NCBI GenBank assembly: GCA_964291235.2
Contig: OZ219815.1
Span: 224,001 to 288,000 of the forward strand
Reading direction: 5' to 3'
DNA: 64,000 nt
From: Vicinamibacteria bacterium
GTDB lineage: Bacteria; Acidobacteriota; Vicinamibacteria; Marinacidobacterales; Marinacidobacteraceae
In this document: piece after piece, positions 60,752-64,000 of the stretch
Layout of the letters: each line of letters begins with the position of its first letter
How positions within the stretch are numbered: position 1 is the stretch's first letter
Translations under genes and position numbers: made by a program
Notes under the pieces: generated by a model
What the model was told of the DNA's origin: nothing
What the model saw: the letters and a program-made list of their open reading frames with translations, nothing else
Databases searched by the model: none

Positions 60752-61878
60752 GACTCCGCCTCACCCCAGCCTTCCTCGCTGCGGCCCTCCTCGCCCTCCC
60801 GCTGGCGGCCGGCGGCCAGCCCGTCCGGGTCACCATCGTGAACGGAACCACCCAGAAACCGGCGGCGGTGGACCTCGTCACCCTCTACCGCCTCGGCCAG
60901 GGGATGGAGCCGGTGCACCAGATCGAGAACCCGGACGCCCAGGTGACCCTCGAGGCCCCCGCCCAGCCTGGCGAGGGGGCCCCCGCGGCCGGCGGCATGC
61001 GCCCCTTCCTCCTCCAGGCCACCTACCGCGGCGTCAACTACAACGCCCCGGTGCGGCTGACGCCGGGCGAGACGACCGAAGCCGCCATCGTCGTCTATGA
61101 CCCCTTCGAGGAGTGGGACGACGCGGAGATCGGCCTCTCCACCTGGCGGGCGCTCTACCGGCGGATGCCGGGGGAGGGGAACTCGCTCCGGGTGGACCAC
61201 ATCTTCGTGGTGGACAACCGGACCGATCCGCCCCGCACCTTCACGCACGAAGACGAAACCCTCCGCTTCCGACTGCCGCCGGAGGGCGCCCTGCTCGAGT
61301 TGCCCACGATCAGTTCTACCGGCGAAACCGGCATGCCGGTCCCGCAGAGCAGCTTCCCGGTGGGAGAGGCAGGCGACTACGCGATCCGCACCGCCTTCAA
61401 GCCGGGCGAGACCGAAGTCATCCTCTCCTACGCGGTCTCCTACGACGGCGAACGCCACGAGGCGGCGCTCATCGCGCCCCGGGCGAGCCCCGAGGTGTTG
61501 CTCCTCGCCTCGCCGCTCGATATCGAGCTCGAAATCCCGGCAGGAGTTCCCCCTGGCTGGGAAATCCTGGGACCCGACGAGGAGGCCCGGCTCACCGCCG
61601 CCCGCAAGTTCGGCGTCGCCGCCGGGGAGCCCGTCGGAATGATCTTCAGCGGGGGCACCCCTTCCCCACCGGCCGCTGGGGCGACCGGTGGGACCCCCGG
61701 GGGCCGCCAGCTTCCCGGGCTCGTGGCCCAATCCGAGGAAGAGCGATCCGCGGTGGGGACCGTCGGCCGGCTTCCGGACCCGACGATCGCCTCCAAGTGG
61801 GCGCTCGCGCTGCTGATGGCCGCCGCGCTGGGCTTCGGGCTCCTACACCGCGCCTTCGGCGGCGGCTCGTCCGGCTGA
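60748..61878 (+). CDS. hypothetical exported protein with C-terminal TM in the ccm operon
   Basis: Signal peptide, beta-rich body, C-terminal TM; GTGA overlap. Confidence 0.75.
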   Translation: MRLRLTPAFLAAALLALPLAAGGQPVRVTIVNGTTQKPAAVDLVTLYRLGQGMEPVHQIENPDAQVTLEAPAQPGEGAPAAGGMRPFLLQATYRGVNYNAPVRLTPGETTEAAIVVYDPFEEWDDAEIGLSTWRALYRRMPGEGNSLRVDHIFVVDNRTDPPRTFTHEDETLRFRLPPEGALLELPTISSTGETGMPVPQSSFPVGEAGDYAIRTAFKPGETEVILSYAVSYDGERHEAALIAPRASPEVLLLASPLDIELEIPAGVPPGWEILGPDEEARLTAARKFGVAAGEPVGMIFSGGTPSPPAAGATGGTPGGRQLPGLVAQSEEERSAVGTVGRLPDPTIASKWALALLMAAALGFGLLHRAFGGGSSG

Positions 61879-61981
61879 GGCCGGGGAGGAACCCGATGGC
61901 CGGCGGCGGCGCAGCTCGGGAGAGCGCGAACCACGCTCGCGGCGCGCCGCCGCGACACGCCGCCGAGGGCGAGGCGACCCG

Positions 61982-62698
61982 GTGATCCCTCCGCTCTTCG
62001 CGGCCGACCGGGTCACCCGGCGCTACCGGGAGGTCCCGGTGGTGGACGAGGTGAGCCTCGCGGTGGCCGCCGGCGAGATCGTCTGCCTCCTCGGGCCGAA
62101 CGGCGCCGGGAAGACCACGCTGATCCGGATGGCCGCCACCCTGGCGCGCCCGTCCTCGGGAACGCTCCGCTACCGCGGCGTGGAACTGAAGCGCGCCACC
62201 CCGGAGGCGCGCGGCTGGATCGGCTTCGCATCCCACCACTCGCTGCTGTACCCGGAACTGACCGTCGCCGAGAACCTGCGCTTCCACCGGCGCCTCCACG
62301 GATCCCGGACGGACATCGGGGCGCTGCTCGAGGCGCACGGCCTCGCGCACGTCGCCGAGGTCCCGGCGCGCCATCTCTCGCGGGGGACCGCGCAGCGGGC
62401 GACGCTCGCCCGGGCGCTCCTCCACGAGCCGGATCTGCTGCTGCTCGACGAGCCGTTCGCCGGGCTCGACGGAGCGGCCCGCGAGCGCCTCGCCGGGATG
62501 GTCCGCGCGGCCCGCGAGCGGGGGGCGGCGGTGCTCTTCGCCACCCACGACGTGGCGCGGGCGGTCACCATCGCCGACCGGGCGCTGGTCCTCCAGCGCG
62601 GCCGGGTGGTCCTCGACGATCCCGCCGCCGACCCCGAGACCGTCCGCCGCACCTACGACACCGCGGCCGCCGGCCTTCCCGCGGGAGAAGCGTCGTGA
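61982..62698 (+). CDS. ccmA: heme ABC exporter ATP-binding protein
   Basis: GPNGAGKTT, LSRGTAQR, LLDEPF; ccm context. Confidence 0.88.
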   Translation: MIPPLFAADRVTRRYREVPVVDEVSLAVAAGEIVCLLGPNGAGKTTLIRMAATLARPSSGTLRYRGVELKRATPEARGWIGFASHHSLLYPELTVAENLRFHRRLHGSRTDIGALLEAHGLAHVAEVPARHLSRGTAQRATLARALLHEPDLLLLDEPFAGLDGAARERLAGMVRAARERGAAVLFATHDVARAVTIADRALVLQRGRVVLDDPAADPETVRRTYDTAAAGLPAGEAS

Positions 62699-63378
62699 CC
62701 ACCTTCTCGGCCGCGGCGGCGATCGCCGGAAAGGACCTGCTCAGCGAGGCCCGTTCGCGCGAACGGCTGCCGGCGATGCTCCTCTTCGCGGCGCTGGTGC
62801 TCCTCGTCATGCACTTCGCCATCGGCCTCGATACGGCCGACCGCCACGAACTCGCTCCCGGGGTGCTCCAGGCCGCATTCCTGTTCGCCGGAACCCTGGG
62901 CCTTTACCGCAGTTTCGCCCCGGAGACCGAAGCGATGGCGATCCACGGGCTGATGCTCGGCCCGGCGGACCGTTCCTCCATCTACTTCGGCAAGCTGGCT
63001 TCGGGGACGCTCCTCCTGCTCGCCGTCGAGATCCCGGTGGTGGCGCTCTACGAGTTCTTCTTCCGGGCGAACCTTTTGGGGGGCCAGACCGTTACTGGTC
63101 TGCTAACCCTCGGTGCGATTCTCCTTTGCGGCTCTCTCGGTTTCATGGCTCTCGGCGTCACAGTGGCGGCTATCTGCGCCGCGACCCCGGTTCGCGAGGT
63201 GCTGCTGCCGCTGCTCCTCTTCCCGCTATCCGCGCCGTTGCTGATCGCGGGGGTTTCCGGGCTGCGGGCGGCGATGGCGGGCGATCCGGTCTGGGAAGCG
63301 GTGCGTTTCCTGCTGCTGGCCGCGATCGCATTCGTCTCCGTCTCATGGATGTGCTTCGAGTTCGCACTCGAGGAGTAG
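62695..63378 (+). CDS. ccmB: heme exporter permease
   Basis: KDLLSEARSRE, YFGKL, LLPLLLFPL..P. Confidence 0.9.
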   Translation: MTTFSAAAAIAGKDLLSEARSRERLPAMLLFAALVLLVMHFAIGLDTADRHELAPGVLQAAFLFAGTLGLYRSFAPETEAMAIHGLMLGPADRSSIYFGKLASGTLLLLAVEIPVVALYEFFFRANLLGGQTVTGLLTLGAILLCGSLGFMALGVTVAAICAATPVREVLLPLLLFPLSAPLLIAGVSGLRAAMAGDPVWEAVRFLLLAAIAFVSVSWMCFEFALEE

Positions 63379-64000
63379 CCGTCCTCGCACTCCTGCTCGG
63401 CCTCGCCGCCGGCCCCGCCTCCGCCCAGGAGGAGCACGACGACGGGCACGCGCAGGTGCTCGACATCCCGCTGGTGGACGAACTACCGGTCGCCGACGGA
63501 CGGCTGGACGAGGAGGTCTGGGCGCGCGCCGCCGTCGCCGACGGATTCATCCAGACCGAGCCGGTGGACGGCGCCGAGCCCACCTACGCCACCGAGGTAC
63601 TCGTGGCCTACACGCGGGATGCGCTGCTGGTCGGCGCCCGGATGGAGGACGACGACCCGGCGGCGATCGTCGCCCGCGAGTACCGGCGCGACGCCGACCT
63701 CGAGAGCGACGACAACTTCTTCATCGTGCTCGACACCTACCACGACCACCGGAGCGCGGTCTTCTTCAGCACGAACCCGGTGGGGACCCGGCAGGACGGG
63801 CTCGTCCAGAACGAGGGCGCGGCGATCAACCGCGAGTGGGACGGCGTCTGGCGGGTGGGGTCGCGGCGGACCGAGGACGGCTGGGTCACCGAGATGGTGA
63901 TCCCCTTCGAAACGCTTCGCTTCCCGCGCGGAACTCCGGAGTTCGGGGTCAACTTCGGCCGGCAGGTCGCCAGGACCCGCGAGATCAGCTTCTGGGCCCC
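63345..64000 (+). CDS. DUF5916 / CBM9-like domain protein (runs off window end)
   Basis: Manual translation: signal peptide, DGRLDEEVW, LDTYHDHR, FSTNPVG, WDGVW, EMVIPFETLRF. Confidence 0.85.
   Translation, partial: MDVLRVRTRGVAVLALLLGLAAGPASAQEEHDDGHAQVLDIPLVDELPVADGRLDEEVWARAAVADGFIQTEPVDGAEPTYATEVLVAYTRDALLVGARMEDDDPAAIVAREYRRDADLESDDNFFIVLDTYHDHRSAVFFSTNPVGTRQDGLVQNEGAAINREWDGVWRVGSRRTEDGWVTEMVIPFETLRFPRGTPEFGVNFGRQVARTREISFWA

Overview
High-GC bacterial chromosomal window; the gene content is suggestive of Acidobacteriota, but taxonomy is inference only. Housekeeping content: GGT, S9 peptidase, P450, a complete Rrf2-sufBCDSU-sufT operon with an IscR-like operator, alkA, msrP, ybbAP/tesA, pxpA/pxpBC, ispG, citrate synthase, a 28-aa ribosomal protein bTHX missed by the ORF track, and a Cys-CcmE (System I*-like) ccm cluster. 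A ~12 kb defence island (42.2-54.3 kb) holds a type I R-M system with a Schlafen/AlbA-HATPase-Ig-like gene inserted between hsdM and hsdS, an hsdR carrying a nested in-frame small gene, an Mrr-like nuclease and decayed TA/M48 genes. At the island edge lies a non-CRISPR array of 17 near-identical 16-bp cores with two alternating, hairpin-forming spacer classes. Other notable signals: a SAM-I/IV-like riboswitch with a visible RBS-sequestering switch in front of an orphan ORF; three coiled-coil membrane-protein genes sharing a dual-promoter leader; a REP/REPIN family, partly nested inside an IS1380-like-TIR MITE; and many candidate leaderless transcripts. All calls come from manual reading; no database searches were run.
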